A stretch of 64,000 nt of DNA from an uncultured Phycisphaerales bacterium (GTDB taxonomy: Bacteria; Planctomycetota; Phycisphaerae; Tepidisphaerales; Tepidisphaeraceae): contig CAVWLP010000001.1 in NCBI GenBank assembly GCA_963755915.1, forward strand, positions 1-64,000, in the 5' to 3' direction. The position numbers and the translations under genes were made by a program. Each line of letters starts with the position of its first letter. Position 1 is the stretch's first letter. The notes under the pieces are model-generated. The model was not told the origin of the DNA. It did no database searches and saw only the letters and a program-made list of their open reading frames with translations. This document shows positions 31,180-41,412 of the stretch, in pieces.

Positions 31180-32749
31180 TCAATTCTGTGTCGTCGGCGG
31201 CGCATCGGCCGGTAGAATCATCATCCGCTGTGATTCCAACCCAAATTTTCTTCTGACTCTCGTTATCGCCGAATTCAACCCTTTTTCTGCCGCCGCCTCG
31301 GTTGGATATCGATGTTCCAAAATCGCCTTCGCCACCCAATCGCAAGCCTGTGCCGTCGCCAAAAAGATCGGCACCACCGCCGATGGATCGGCCGTCGGCG
31401 TCCCGTGAAGCTGAACATTCACCACCACCCGCATCGAACGATCGATATCAAATTGCCACTTCCCCTCCCGCCGCTCCACGTGCAACCGCGCCGACGCCCA
31501 CGCCGCCAGGATATCCCGATAATTTTCCGGCGCCAGTGCGATCAGTTGCGGCGGAATTCGGATCGTAAATGTCGCGCCGTCACCCTCTATCTCGGCCGGC
31601 GGGACATTGGCAATCAGCTCCGCCACCGAGTCCAGTGTAACTCCGGTTCGAAACCCCGAACCATCGCCCCCAAACGTCGCAGCGCCCGCGTGGATCAGCC
31701 GATTCTGCGCCAGGTCCTGGGCAACAATCCCATCCATCATCGTCGGCGCGATTCGGATCAACATCGAGGCAAGCATACGCCGAATCGCGATCCCCCTGCC
31801 ACATCGCGGAGAAAAACGACCTCAGAGCGCCGCGCGGTGTCGTTAGGTCGATCATCGCCGGTTGCGTCGCCGGCGGTGACGCGGGCAGCGTCAACGTAGA
31901 AACCTGCGGCATCGGCGTCGCCACCTGCAATGTTTTCGCTGGAGCTGGGAACGATTGACCCCCATATCCACGGAAGATCGCCCATCCCCCCGTCGTCAGC
32001 GCCGCGACGGCCGCCGCCGCGATCGCGGCCAACTTCACCTGGTTGATGAGCATCATCGCCTTGGTCCCTTTTGCAATCGCAACCCCCGGCCCGCTGCCTG
32101 GAATCGGCGCACGAACCACCCGAATCACGCCCTGTGCTACCGCCCGGCGAGCTTCCACACTGATCCCGCTGCCGCGCAACTGTTCGCTCAAAACCCCCGC
32201 CAGCAGCGACGAATCGGCTGTGATCCCGCGACGCCGGAAATAGCTTCGCAGCTTCTCCATCGCACGGACAACGCGCTTTTGCGCCGCCGGCTCCGAAACC
32301 GCCAGGTTCGCCGCCACCTCCGCGATCGGCTGCTCGCGCAGAAAACTCAGGATCAGCGCCTCGCGATCGCCGGCGCTCAGCCGTCCTAGCGCGTCGTCCA
32401 GAAAATCGAGCATATCGACGGAATTTTTCTGCTCGGATTTTTCATCCCGGTTCATGGCAACCACCTGCTCCCGGCGCTGCCGTCGCTGCCGGCTTTTGCG
32501 AATGTTGGCGCACACGAAACGCGACGTCGTCAACAGCCAGCTCCCCAAACGGTCCCCCGCCACCGAGCCCGCCTTTTCGCTGAGAAGCAAAAACACCGCC
32601 TGCGTCGCGTCCTCGGCCAGATGCCGGTCCCGAAGCTGCCGGCAGCAGGCCGAAAACACCAGCCCAAGATAAAACTCCACCACCCCCCTGAACGCCTCCT
32701 CCGATCCCGTGGCGGCATATTCCGCGAGCAATTCCGATGGTTCCGCCAT
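31180..32749 (-). CDS. ECF sigma-70 factor with TM helix and extracytoplasmic extension (frameshifts near 31750-31650)
   Basis: AEDATQAVF, WLL, AAQKRVVRAMEKLR, TM helix, ATQP linker, DLTTPRGALRSF. Confidence 0.8.
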
Positions 32750-32895
32750 AGCCACTTCGTCTCTCATTACCCAGGCAATGTGCGCCAAACCTTCCTTTTG
32801 GACAAATAATCCCCGCGGCGCCCTCTCAACGTCGCCACCCGCGAGGTTGCCGGACAATGGAAAGCCTGACCTGAACTGAGATATTCTCAATACGC

Positions 32896-33273
32896 ATGAA
32901 ACCCAAACCAATCGCCTACTGGACCACCACGACACTCCTCGCCTTCTTCCTCCTCACCGGCGGCATCGGCGAGCTCCTTCGTCCCCCCGACGCCGTCAAA
33001 GGCATGGCCCTCATCGGATACCGGCCCTACGTCATGACCCTCCTCGGCGTCTGGAAAATCCTCGGCTTTGTAGCCATCCTGATCCCCCGTTTCCCGCGCC
33101 TGAAAGAATGGGCCTACGCCGGCATTTTCTTCGACCTCACCGGCGCCGCCATCTCCCACGCGGCCAGCGCGGATTACGGCCCCGGCGCGTTCCACATCAT
33201 CGTCCCCCTCGCCCTCGCGGGACTCGCCATTGCATCGTGGGCGCTGCGACCTGCTTCCCGAAGACTCGCATAA
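32896..33273 (+). CDS. DoxX-like membrane protein
   Basis: YWTTT, GY.PY, LGVWKILG, LKEWAYAG..FDLTGA..SH. Confidence 0.85.
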   Translation: MKPKPIAYWTTTTLLAFFLLTGGIGELLRPPDAVKGMALIGYRPYVMTLLGVWKILGFVAILIPRFPRLKEWAYAGIFFDLTGAAISHAASADYGPGAFHIIVPLALAGLAIASWALRPASRRLA

Positions 33274-33301
33274 AGTGTGAGCTCCCCTCTTAATCCGCGC
33301 C

Positions 33302-33327
33302 GGCTCGACTGAGCGCTCGCCGAAGTC
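33302..33327 (-). repeat. ~25-bp hairpin element (GACTTCGxCGAGC..TCAGTCGAGxC)
   Basis: Reverse-complement relative of 33396-33419 and 35999-36022, inserted in an ATCCGCGC repeat. Confidence 0.65.
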
Positions 33328-33328
33328 C

Positions 33329-33489
33329 ATCCGCGCAATCCGCGGTTCCATCATTTCTCTGTCACCAGATTTCAGAAGAGATGGTTCGCGCAGAGGACTT
33401 CGACGAGCTCAGTCGAGTCGCGCAGGGCCCGCAGAGAAATTCAATTAAAAACTCAGCGCCTCTGCGCGAACTTATCTTCTTCCCGCTAA
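33329..33489 (+). repeat. ~160-bp composite repeat, left copy
   Basis: Colinear with 35931-36098: ATCCGCGGTTC..CCAGATTTCA..TCGCGCAGAGGACTTCGA.GAGCTCAGTCGAGTCGCGCAG..CGCAGAGAAATTCAATT..GCGCCTCTGCGCGAA. Confidence 0.8.
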
Positions 33490-34053
33490 CCCGCCTTATG
33501 CACACCGATGCCCCACACCGACATCCGATCCAGAAGCTTGTCCCGCAGGACGACCGTATGAAACAGCACCGCGCATAAAGTGAGCCAGAAAAGTCGCGAA
33601 CAGCGCATAAGCGAGAATCGTGTGCGACTTGCGTAAGACCGCATAAAGCATCGGACTGGCCGGCAAAATGGGCGGGAGGTGCAGCGATCCAACCATCACG
33701 ATCGGATAGCTCCCCGCCGACAGCATTCCCCAGCCCACCAGTGGAAGCACGAACATCAGCGAATACAGGAGAATCTCCGACACGTGCGCCACGCGCCGCT
33801 CCTGCCGTGACATCGTCGGCGGAAAAGGAGGCAGTCTGCTGATCTTCCGATTCACAAAACGAATCACCACCACGATCAAAATCAGAATTCCCAGCGGCCG
33901 GTGGATCGACACCAGCCGATGATAATCCGCCAGCGACGCCACCATCGCCACTCCGATGAACAGCATCGCCAGAACCATCGCCGCCATCAGCCAATGCAGA
34001 ATCCGCATCAGCACCGGAAACCGTGCCGGTTCAGTTGTGCCCTGCTCACTCAT
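33486..34053 (-). CDS. Cytochrome b561 / Ni-hydrogenase cytochrome b family (frameshift near 33575)
   Basis: Heme-ligand His pattern LHWLMA, HRPLG, H...AH. The C-terminus AVLFH...RDKLLDRM is in the adjacent frame. Coupled to the catalase-like gene. Confidence 0.85.
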
Positions 34054-35162
34054 TTCCCCACCTCCGCACTCGTTACCGCACTGGGCTCCTTCGTCTCCCC
34101 TTCCCTCCTGGTAAACGACTGTGAGTAGACCGCCGACCGGGCACTCAGCAGCGGATCATCCGAAGGCTCGATTCCTGCCGGAAGCACCAGCGGATCGAAA
34201 TTGATATCCCGCGCCGCGCCGGTGTCGTCGCTCTCAACTCGGTCAAGCGTAACCGTTCCCACGTCCACCTGCTGCCGATCCGCCGGCCATGGAATCGTCG
34301 CGTCGTTGGTCGGATCGCCGCTTTGGCCAACGATGATGATGAGGTGCCACTGCAATGGCTGTTCATGGATCTTTTCGATCAGTGCGTCGAACAGATAATT
34401 CTTATCCGGCGAATTCGAATCCATGCTCGCCGCCTCGAACGGCTGCATTGGCGTCAGAATCCAGCGCACCGGGACGGAAGTCCCTGCCGCGCTGACAAAC
34501 CAAAATGCATTAAGGCTATGGAAAGTGCTGTTGTCGAATCCCGAGGAAGGCGCCTGGCTTTTAATGATCTTCAGCGCCGCCTGCGTTTCCGGATAGCGTT
34601 CGAGGAATGCCTTCATCATTGCGGGATCGGGCTTACCCGTTGTGGGATCGGGTTTCGACGCCAGTAGCTGATCGTAAAAAGCCTGGGGCGTACTGAACGG
34701 GAACACCGGCAAGTTGACCATCGCCATTCGCCAATATTCACCGTCGGGCAGCGCAAACTGAAGCCCAAAACCGCGAACCGCGTCAGGCCGGTCGGCAGCA
34801 TAGGGCTCTCCACCCCCCAGAGAGAACCGGCCTATTAACGGGATCCGCCCAGGGCGAAATACCGCCGCCTTGCAGAGGCCGACGCCATTGCCGTTGCTCT
34901 CAAAGAACCCGTAAACGTCCACCCCCTTGGCATGGTTCCGACGGAACCCGGGATGGACGCCATTGACCTGTTCGAACCCGTTGGCAAACCGCACGGGCGT
35001 CAGTTCATCGGGAGTCAGCCAACCCCCGCAGTAAAGAAAGACGCACGCGATGCCCCCCACCACCATCGCTATAAAGGCAAGCCTGGGAGAGTCCTTCCTT
35101 GGGGTGATCGCCATCCTGCGGTCCTCCGAATCCTTAAAACTCTGAGCGCGCGCCATGGACAT
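34050..35162 (-). CDS. Catalase-related heme peroxidase (SrpA-like)
   Basis: FRRNHAKG, GRFSLGGG, FDP.VLP.GIEPSDDPLL.ARSAVY, N-terminal TM/signal. Start may be ~35114. Confidence 0.9.
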   Translation of the reverse strand: MSMARAQSFKDSEDRRMAITPRKDSPRLAFIAMVVGGIACVFLYCGGWLTPDELTPVRFANGFEQVNGVHPGFRRNHAKGVDVYGFFESNGNGVGLCKAAVFRPGRIPLIGRFSLGGGEPYAADRPDAVRGFGLQFALPDGEYWRMAMVNLPVFPFSTPQAFYDQLLASKPDPTTGKPDPAMMKAFLERYPETQAALKIIKSQAPSSGFDNSTFHSLNAFWFVSAAGTSVPVRWILTPMQPFEAASMDSNSPDKNYLFDALIEKIHEQPLQWHLIIIVGQSGDPTNDATIPWPADRQQVDVGTVTLDRVESDDTGAARDINFDPLVLPAGIEPSDDPLLSARSAVYSQSFTRREGETKEPSAVTSAEVGK

Positions 35163-35233
35163 TTCCCGTACTGCCCTCCGGCAATCATTGTCTGACCCCC
35201 CCGCTCAATTTCGTGAACCAACACGGAAGCGCA

Positions 35234-35434
35234 ATGACACGAAAAACGGAAATGAATCTACTGGAATTGGCTCGCAAGGATGAGCTTGCCATCCCCGCCA
35301 TCGCGGCTGCCTTGGCCGGTGTCCGCGGAGCACTTCGCGAGATCGCATGCGATCTTGAACTAAGGCGCACGCCCTCGCAAATCAGTCCCCTTGCCACTTC
35401 CCATCCTGACAGATCGGCGGCCTGCAATGACTGA
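35234..35434 (+). CDS. Small hypothetical protein
   Basis: Helical-looking ORF MTRKTEMNLLELARKDELAIP..., overlapping the start of the next small ORF. Confidence 0.35.
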   Translation: MTRKTEMNLLELARKDELAIPAIAAALAGVRGALREIACDLELRRTPSQISPLATSHPDRSAACND

Positions 35435-35585
35435 GTCAACAAACAATTTAAAGCGTGCGCCAGCAGCGGTCGATTCAATTGACCGCACCGCTTCCGCGCG
35501 AAGGCTCGATCGCATCACCGGATACGCAATTCTCAGCGTTGCCCTCGTTGGATTTGCCTCGCTGATCCTCTACTGCGGCCGGTAA
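35427..35585 (+). CDS. Small membrane protein (52 aa)
   Basis: MTESTNNLK...ITGYAILSVALVGFASLILYCGR with a C-terminal TM helix. Confidence 0.4.
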   Translation: MTESTNNLKRAPAAVDSIDRTASARRLDRITGYAILSVALVGFASLILYCGR

Positions 35586-35745
35586 TTCAGTAAACTGCCC
35601 CAGCTCTCCCGGCGTGAGGGATTATCGGCGGGTCGTTATGCAACCCTTCATGTTCCGTCGGTTATCTAATTTTGCCCTGCTTTGTGGACGATGGGTCTAA
35701 GTATGGCCCGCACACCGCGAGGCTAAATACCAGGGAGAATCGGCG

Positions 35746-35823
35746 ATGAAACATAAAACCATGGGTTGGATCATTCTGGCCGGCAGCGTGCTTTCCGTGG
35801 CCCTTGCGATCTTCAGCAGCTGA
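35746..35823 (+). CDS. Hydrophobic micropeptide (25 aa)
   Basis: GGGAG RBS, then MKHKTMGWIILAGSVLSVALAIFSS*. Confidence 0.3.
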   Translation: MKHKTMGWIILAGSVLSVALAIFSS

Positions 35824-35930
35824 TTTGGCCGTCAGAACGAAGCTCACTTCCCGAAATGACGGCGCCGTCGCGCCTTTTATTTTTGGCGCGACGGATTAGC
35901 CGGATTCTCGGAATAACAAATCTTCTCCTC

Positions 35931-36098
35931 ATCCGCGCCCATCCGCGGTTCGATCATCTTTCAGTACCCAGATTTCAAAACCGCTAGATCGCGCAGAGGA
36001 CTTCGATGAGCTCAGTCGAGTCGCGCAGAGCTCGCAGAGAAATTCAATTTAAAACCTCGGCGCTCCGCGCCTCTGCGCGAAAATCTCCTCTTCCTTAA
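35931..36098 (+). repeat. ~160-bp composite repeat, right copy
   Basis: Direct repeat of 33329-33489. Confidence 0.8.
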
Positions 36099-36137
36099 CA
36101 ATGGAAAGATTCAGCGCTGCGATTTACGCTTACGCCG

Positions 36138-36884
36138 ATGCAAGCCCGCGCGATTCTTTGGGACGTCGGCGGAACCCTCGTCGACTTCGCCTGCACCTTG
36201 CCCACCGCGGTTCGAAGCAGATTGTCGACATGTGGCGTGAATCACTCCCGCCTTTCAGACAACCGAATCGAGCACACCTACACGGAATTTATCGCCGCTG
36301 AACGAACCTGGCGGACGATCGAGCACGAGCGAGAGGCGGAAACGCGGTGGCTCCACGATTTGCTCGCCGATACGGGCCTGGACCCAACAACAATCAACCG
36401 CGCCGCCCGCGAAATGCCCCGATATTTCAACCTCTACCGCCCCGTAGAAGGAATCCTCGAACTGCTCGCCGAATTGCAAACGCGCGGCACGAAGATGGCA
36501 ATCGTCTCCAATTGGCCTCCCTCCCTGCCGGAATTCTTAAATCACCACGGCCTGCTCTCATTTTTCGACGCAGTCATCTTTTCCGCCCAGGACAGCATCC
36601 ACAAGCCCGACCCCAAAATCTTCCTCCGCGCCCTCGCTGCCATCCGCGCCCGCCCAGAAGAGTCTATTTTCATCGGCAACGATTTAGTTCAGGACATCGC
36701 GGGCGCAGCGCTCGTGGGAATGACAACGATTCATTTCGATCCGCGAAAACAATGCGAGACGTGCGACGCCGATGAGATTACCGGCCTGCGCCGAATTCTT
36801 GGCGCGAAATTAAACCGCGAAAGGCGCCGCGGACCTGGTGAGGAAACCGAATCTGGCGAAATTGGTAACCGTGCATTTTATTGA
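36138..36884 (+). CDS. HAD superfamily hydrolase
   Basis: WDVGGTL (motif I), VSN, KPDPKIF, IGNDLVQDI. Confidence 0.88.
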   Translation: MQARAILWDVGGTLVDFACTLPTAVRSRLSTCGVNHSRLSDNRIEHTYTEFIAAERTWRTIEHEREAETRWLHDLLADTGLDPTTINRAAREMPRYFNLYRPVEGILELLAELQTRGTKMAIVSNWPPSLPEFLNHHGLLSFFDAVIFSAQDSIHKPDPKIFLRALAAIRARPEESIFIGNDLVQDIAGAALVGMTTIHFDPRKQCETCDADEITGLRRILGAKLNRERRRGPGEETESGEIGNRAFY

Positions 36885-36894
36885 CGAGTAGCCC

Positions 36895-37122
36895 ATGCAA
36901 TTGCCCGGAAAACGAGTAAAGCGTACGCGTCTGGTTCGAACCGATCGGTACGTCGTGGCGGTCGAGGTGGAGGCCGTGATCCTCGACGCCGCCCCCGAAG
37001 AACCGTGCTACGAGCCCCAGGTCGTAGAGCTGCTGCACCAGATTGAAGCACATGCAAGGAACGGAGACCTAGATTGGCTTAAGCAGCACGGAAAAGTCTA
37101 TGCAGCGGTAGAGGCCGCCTGA
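36895..37122 (+). CDS. Small conserved-looking hypothetical protein (75 aa)
   Basis: Clean ORF in operon position with a beta-beta-alpha-alpha pattern (YVVAVEVE...ARNGDL...GKVY). Confidence 0.65.
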   Translation: MQLPGKRVKRTRLVRTDRYVVAVEVEAVILDAAPEEPCYEPQVVELLHQIEAHARNGDLDWLKQHGKVYAAVEAA

Positions 37123-37159
37123 TCAGAAATCCCCGCGAATCTCTGTCCAACTCCCCCTG

Positions 37160-39433
37160 CTACACCTTCCCCAAAATCGTCGAAGGCCGATTCTCCATCG
37201 GCATCGTCGTCACCCGCACACTGTGCGGCTCCTCCAGCCACAGCGCCGCGGTAATAATCCTCGGATAATACCGGCTCCCCTTCGCCTCCCCGCTGACGAA
37301 CTGGTCCGAGCACGCCCAGTACCCGCTCCCATCCGTCTGCCAGCGAACGTGCGCCCCATCCGCCTTGCGCATGATCGCCGCCACGCGCGGGTCCGTCTGC
37401 TCCAGCCGCAGGATCGCACGGGCGACATACTGGAAGATGGCAATCTTGCTCATCCACGAGTTGCTCGAGGTGGACGACAGCTTGATCCCCCCATCCGCAA
37501 ACAAGTTCGCGGTCTCACGATCGGTCAGCAGCTTGACCGTATGCCGACGCAGCGCCGCGATCAGGTCTCCCTGAAGATGCCGCGCCAGCATTTCCGGCGC
37601 ATCCCCTGCCGTAAGGATCGGCCACTGCCGAATCAAATCCAGCCAATACGCCGGATAAACCAGCGCCTCCGCCACGGGCAAAATCCTCGACGCATACCCC
37701 GGATTATTCTTCTCCAGCACCGCGGGAATGGCCCCATCCACAGCCGAATCCACCAGCGTCTGCGCCAGTTGATCCGCCAGACTCCCCAGCGGCTCCGCCG
37801 GCACGTCGCCCGCCACAATCCGCAGCCGCGACATCACCTCCAGCGCGATCCACGTCGCCCAGCACTTGGTACCCAGATAGGTATTCGCCCGCGCCTGCCC
37901 CAGCGATTCATCCAGCGAGTCATACGTGGTGATTTCCTTCCCATCCTCGCACCGCGAGCTGTCATGGGCCATCAGCCCGGTTCGCGGATTGGCCCGCGCC
38001 GCCATGCTCTGGGCGCACGCATCCAGCAGATGCTTGTTGGCCAGCATCCAGTCGATATCCCGCGTCGCCACGACATATGAAGCAGCCATCAGCACCCAAT
38101 TACAAAGCTGCTCCTGCGTCATGTATGAGAAGCACCCCTTCAGATGCGCCAGCTCATAGCTGCTGTCGCCCGGCGGGGAAAAATTGTTGTTGATACCCAT
38201 GTCATGACAAAACGAAATCCCCCCCGGCAGCAGCGCCGAGCGCGATTTCACCTGGTCGTGATAGCTATACCTTCGCGCCGCCAGCGAAAGAATATTCCGC
38301 ACCGCCCACGGATTATATTTCAGCTCCCAGAACATCTGATCGACCGCCAAGTCGAGGGTGTTCATCATGCAGTATTCACCCTCGTTCACGATCCACACCG
38401 GCTCCCCGCCCACATCGAGCAGTTGCGTATTCCCGTAATATCCGCGCGTCCCCTGCGCGATCTGAAACTGCTGGTCTTCAGAAAGTCCCGAATCCATCAG
38501 CTTCGAATCCAGATCCGCCGCCGTCGCGCGAAGCTCGCCGGCGCGATCCAGCCCCGTCATCAGGACTTCGTCGAGATTTGTGTAATAGCGGTTGTAGTAA
38601 TACTGCCCTTCAAGCCCGGTAGTCGCGATGCCATCGAGATGTACGCCGATCGAAAGCACCAATGTTTTGCGGCACCCCGCCGGCACTTCCATCGCCAGCC
38701 CCGCGCAAGTTCCCAGCGCATGCACCGAATTGATATCCGTCAGTCCCTCAGCTACCAGCCAGCGCTGAAGCGGAAAAAATTCCCCGCCGGCATTTGGAAA
38801 ATCAGATTCGATGGTTCCCAGCACGCCCATGCTTCGCCGCCAGGCAAAGCCGATCTTCGTCTGACCCGGATCGTTGGACTCAAATTGCAAAATGCGCGCG
38901 CCGGGGTTGATGAAATCGATGGCAAAGACCCCGGTCTTGGTTTCCGTCCCCAGCCGGTTATCCACTTCAAGCGTTGCAACGACGCCCGGCAAGAGGCAGG
39001 CCTTCAGCGTTTCCGATTCGCCATTGGGCTCGGGAATTGGAAAAAAGGGTGAATAGATTGTGAACTTGAAATCAGGCGTCTGCCAGGTGTCGGTTGCCCA
39101 CCCAAACGTGCGCCGAATTTCGCTGACTTTGTACGGCTGAAGCGAGTGATGCACCGGCGGCGCATGCTCTTCATTGACTTCGTAAGATGAAGCCGGGTCG
39201 TGCAGCCCCGATCCCACCTTGAAAAACGGGAGGCAGCGGATGGGGTTAAACGACTTTTTTCCGCCGTGCTTCACACCGATGTAAAGGTTTTGATTGGCGG
39301 GCTTTCCGATTTCGACACCAATGCCGCCGGCGGTGTTGAAATGCCCGCAGGTAAAGCTCATGTACGCACCAATGGGCGCGTGCTGGGCGTTGAAGTTGAT
39401 ATTGCCCTGAAAGGGCAAGAGTTCACAAAACAC
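37160..39433 (-). CDS. Glycoside hydrolase family 52 beta-xylosidase
   Basis: FNAQHAPIGA.SFT, VNEGEY (nucleophile), MMNTLDL, HDMG, CFSYMT, TTYDSLD (acid/base), SRYYPR. No signal peptide. Confidence 0.9.
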   Translation of the reverse strand: MFCELLPFQGNINFNAQHAPIGAYMSFTCGHFNTAGGIGVEIGKPANQNLYIGVKHGGKKSFNPIRCLPFFKVGSGLHDPASSYEVNEEHAPPVHHSLQPYKVSEIRRTFGWATDTWQTPDFKFTIYSPFFPIPEPNGESETLKACLLPGVVATLEVDNRLGTETKTGVFAIDFINPGARILQFESNDPGQTKIGFAWRRSMGVLGTIESDFPNAGGEFFPLQRWLVAEGLTDINSVHALGTCAGLAMEVPAGCRKTLVLSIGVHLDGIATTGLEGQYYYNRYYTNLDEVLMTGLDRAGELRATAADLDSKLMDSGLSEDQQFQIAQGTRGYYGNTQLLDVGGEPVWIVNEGEYCMMNTLDLAVDQMFWELKYNPWAVRNILSLAARRYSYHDQVKSRSALLPGGISFCHDMGINNNFSPPGDSSYELAHLKGCFSYMTQEQLCNWVLMAASYVVATRDIDWMLANKHLLDACAQSMAARANPRTGLMAHDSSRCEDGKEITTYDSLDESLGQARANTYLGTKCWATWIALEVMSRLRIVAGDVPAEPLGSLADQLAQTLVDSAVDGAIPAVLEKNNPGYASRILPVAEALVYPAYWLDLIRQWPILTAGDAPEMLARHLQGDLIAALRRHTVKLLTDRETANLFADGGIKLSSTSSNSWMSKIAIFQYVARAILRLEQTDPRVAAIMRKADGAHVRWQTDGSGYWACSDQFVSGEAKGSRYYPRIITAALWLEEPHSVRVTTMPMENRPSTILGKV

Positions 39434-39455
39434 GACTGATACCCGGGCTCCCTTC

Positions 39456-39467
39456 GTAAGCGTTTAC
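39456..39467. promoter_or_regulatory. LacI-type operator 1 (upstream of GH52)
   Basis: GTAAGCGTTTAC just downstream of a minus-strand TAGAAT -10 box. Confidence 0.75.
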
Positions 39468-39545
39468 TTGACCTGAATCATTCTAGCGATTTTTAGGTGC
39501 AAGGGAAGAGAAATCGTTTGCTAGGCGAAACCAGCTCAAAAACGA

Positions 39546-40467
39546 CTATTGCTTCACCGCACCGCTGGTAAGCCCGCTAATAAACTCCTTCTGGAGCGAA
39601 AAGAACAGGATTGCCGGGGGAATCATGGCAATCAGCGTTCCCGCCAGAAAGATGCCGTAGTGCTCGACATACGTGCCCATGTACTGGTTCAGCACCACCG
39701 GCAAAGTCAGCTTCGCCTGCGATGTCAAAAAGATGTTCGGGCCGAGGAAGGCGTTCCACGCCCCCATAAAACTGATCAGGCAGAATGCCCCGCTCATGGG
39801 GCGAACCAAAGGCATGACCAGGGTCAGATATATCCGAAACTCACTGCATCCGTCGATCCGGGCCGCCTCCAGAAGTTCGTTGGGAACATTGAACATCGCC
39901 TGGCGGAAAAGAAATATTCCGAAGGCGCTGACTGCGCCGGGGATGATCAGGGCTTTGTAGGTGTCCATCCAGCCTAAACGCCAGATAACTTCGAAATTGG
40001 GCGCGAGAAGAACGACGCGCGGGAATGGTCATGGACGCCAGCATGTAAACCATCAAAACATTGCGCCCGCGAAAGCGATATTTGGCCAGCGCAAATCCAC
40101 CCAGTGAGCTGAAGAAAAGGGAGATGAACGTGATCGCGGAGGCGAGGAAAAGGGAGTTCACAACATATCGCCAGAAGCCGATCGGCCCGTCGCGGGTGAG
40201 GGTGGGTTCGAACAGACCCCGAAAGTTCGAGAGGTTCACGGTTTGCGAGGAGATCTGCGAAGGAGGCGGAAGGAACGAATACTGATTCATGATGTTCGTG
40301 TCCTTAAACGCCGAGCAGATGAGCCAGGCAAAGGGCGTCAGCATGATCGTCGCGACCAGAATCAGCACGGCCAGGCGCGCATATTTTAAGGCCGCGTGCC
40401 GCGAGATCGGCAACAGCACCACGAAGATGCCGGCAAGAACGAGGAGAAAAATCTGCATCCCGTTCAT
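39546..40467 (-). CDS. Carbohydrate ABC transporter permease (MalG-like; frameshift near 40015)
   Basis: NSL, GFALAK, ELLEAARIDG (EAA loop), LQKEFISGLTSGAVK. Confidence 0.88.
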
Positions 40468-41412
40468 GTTTCGCTCCCGACGGAACTGATGATGCGAATC
40501 TGGATCAGGCTGATAATTAGAATGATCCCCGTCAGGAGCCAGCCGACGACGGCCCCGGTGCCGAGGTCGCCGTTGGTGAAGGCGTTCTGATAGAGATAGC
40601 CAACGACGGTCAGCCCGCTGTTACTCGGTCCGTACCCTCCGCCATTGTTCTGAAGGAGGTTGAAAGGAAGTTCGAAGAGCTGGTAGGAGCCGATGGTGCT
40701 GGTGACGACAACGAAGGTTGCGACGGGCGCGATCGCCGGGACGGTGACATTCCAGAAAATCCCGCCGGCCCGGCGCCGTCGATGCGGGCGGCTTCGATCA
40801 GGCTTTGATCCACATTCTGCAGTGCCGCCAGGAAGTAGATCATGTTGAAGCCCACGTACATCCACATGGCCGCGATGATGATCGCCGGCATCACAAGCTG
40901 CGGATTTCCCAGCCATTGCTCTTCCAGCCCCCAGCCAACCAGCGCGTGCAGGGCGACGTTCAGCAGCCCGTAGTGCGGAGCAAACAGCACAGAGAAAATA
41001 ATTCCAACAAAGACCTGGCCGACAAGATTTGGCGCAAAGATCGCCAGGCGAAAGATGCCCTTGAGCCGGTCATTCTTGGCGTTGAGCAACATCGCCAGGC
41101 CAAGACTGAGCGGAAGCTGAAGGCAAATCGAAAATACGGCGAAAATCGTCGTGTTCCAGAGCGCCCTGTGGAAGTCCGGGTCTTTGATCACGAAGGAGAA
41201 ATTCCCCCAACCCACAAACGCCCGGCTGCGCCGGGCCGTCGGTCTCATAGAACGCCAAAATGGTCGCGTAAATCAGCGGATAAAGGAAAAACACGAGATT
41301 GAGAATGACATACGGCGCAGAAAAAATAAGGAGCAGCCCGCCCGCGCGGCCGGCGAACCACGGCCGGTTTCCGCGTGATGACTGCGGGTTTGGGAAGTGT
41401 GGCGGCGGTCAT
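40464..41412 (-). CDS. Carbohydrate ABC transporter permease (MalF-like; frameshifts)
   Basis: APYFF, FVGWGNF, LWNT, YFLAALQ, LIEAARIDGA, YLYQNAF. ATGA overlap with the next gene. Confidence 0.85.
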
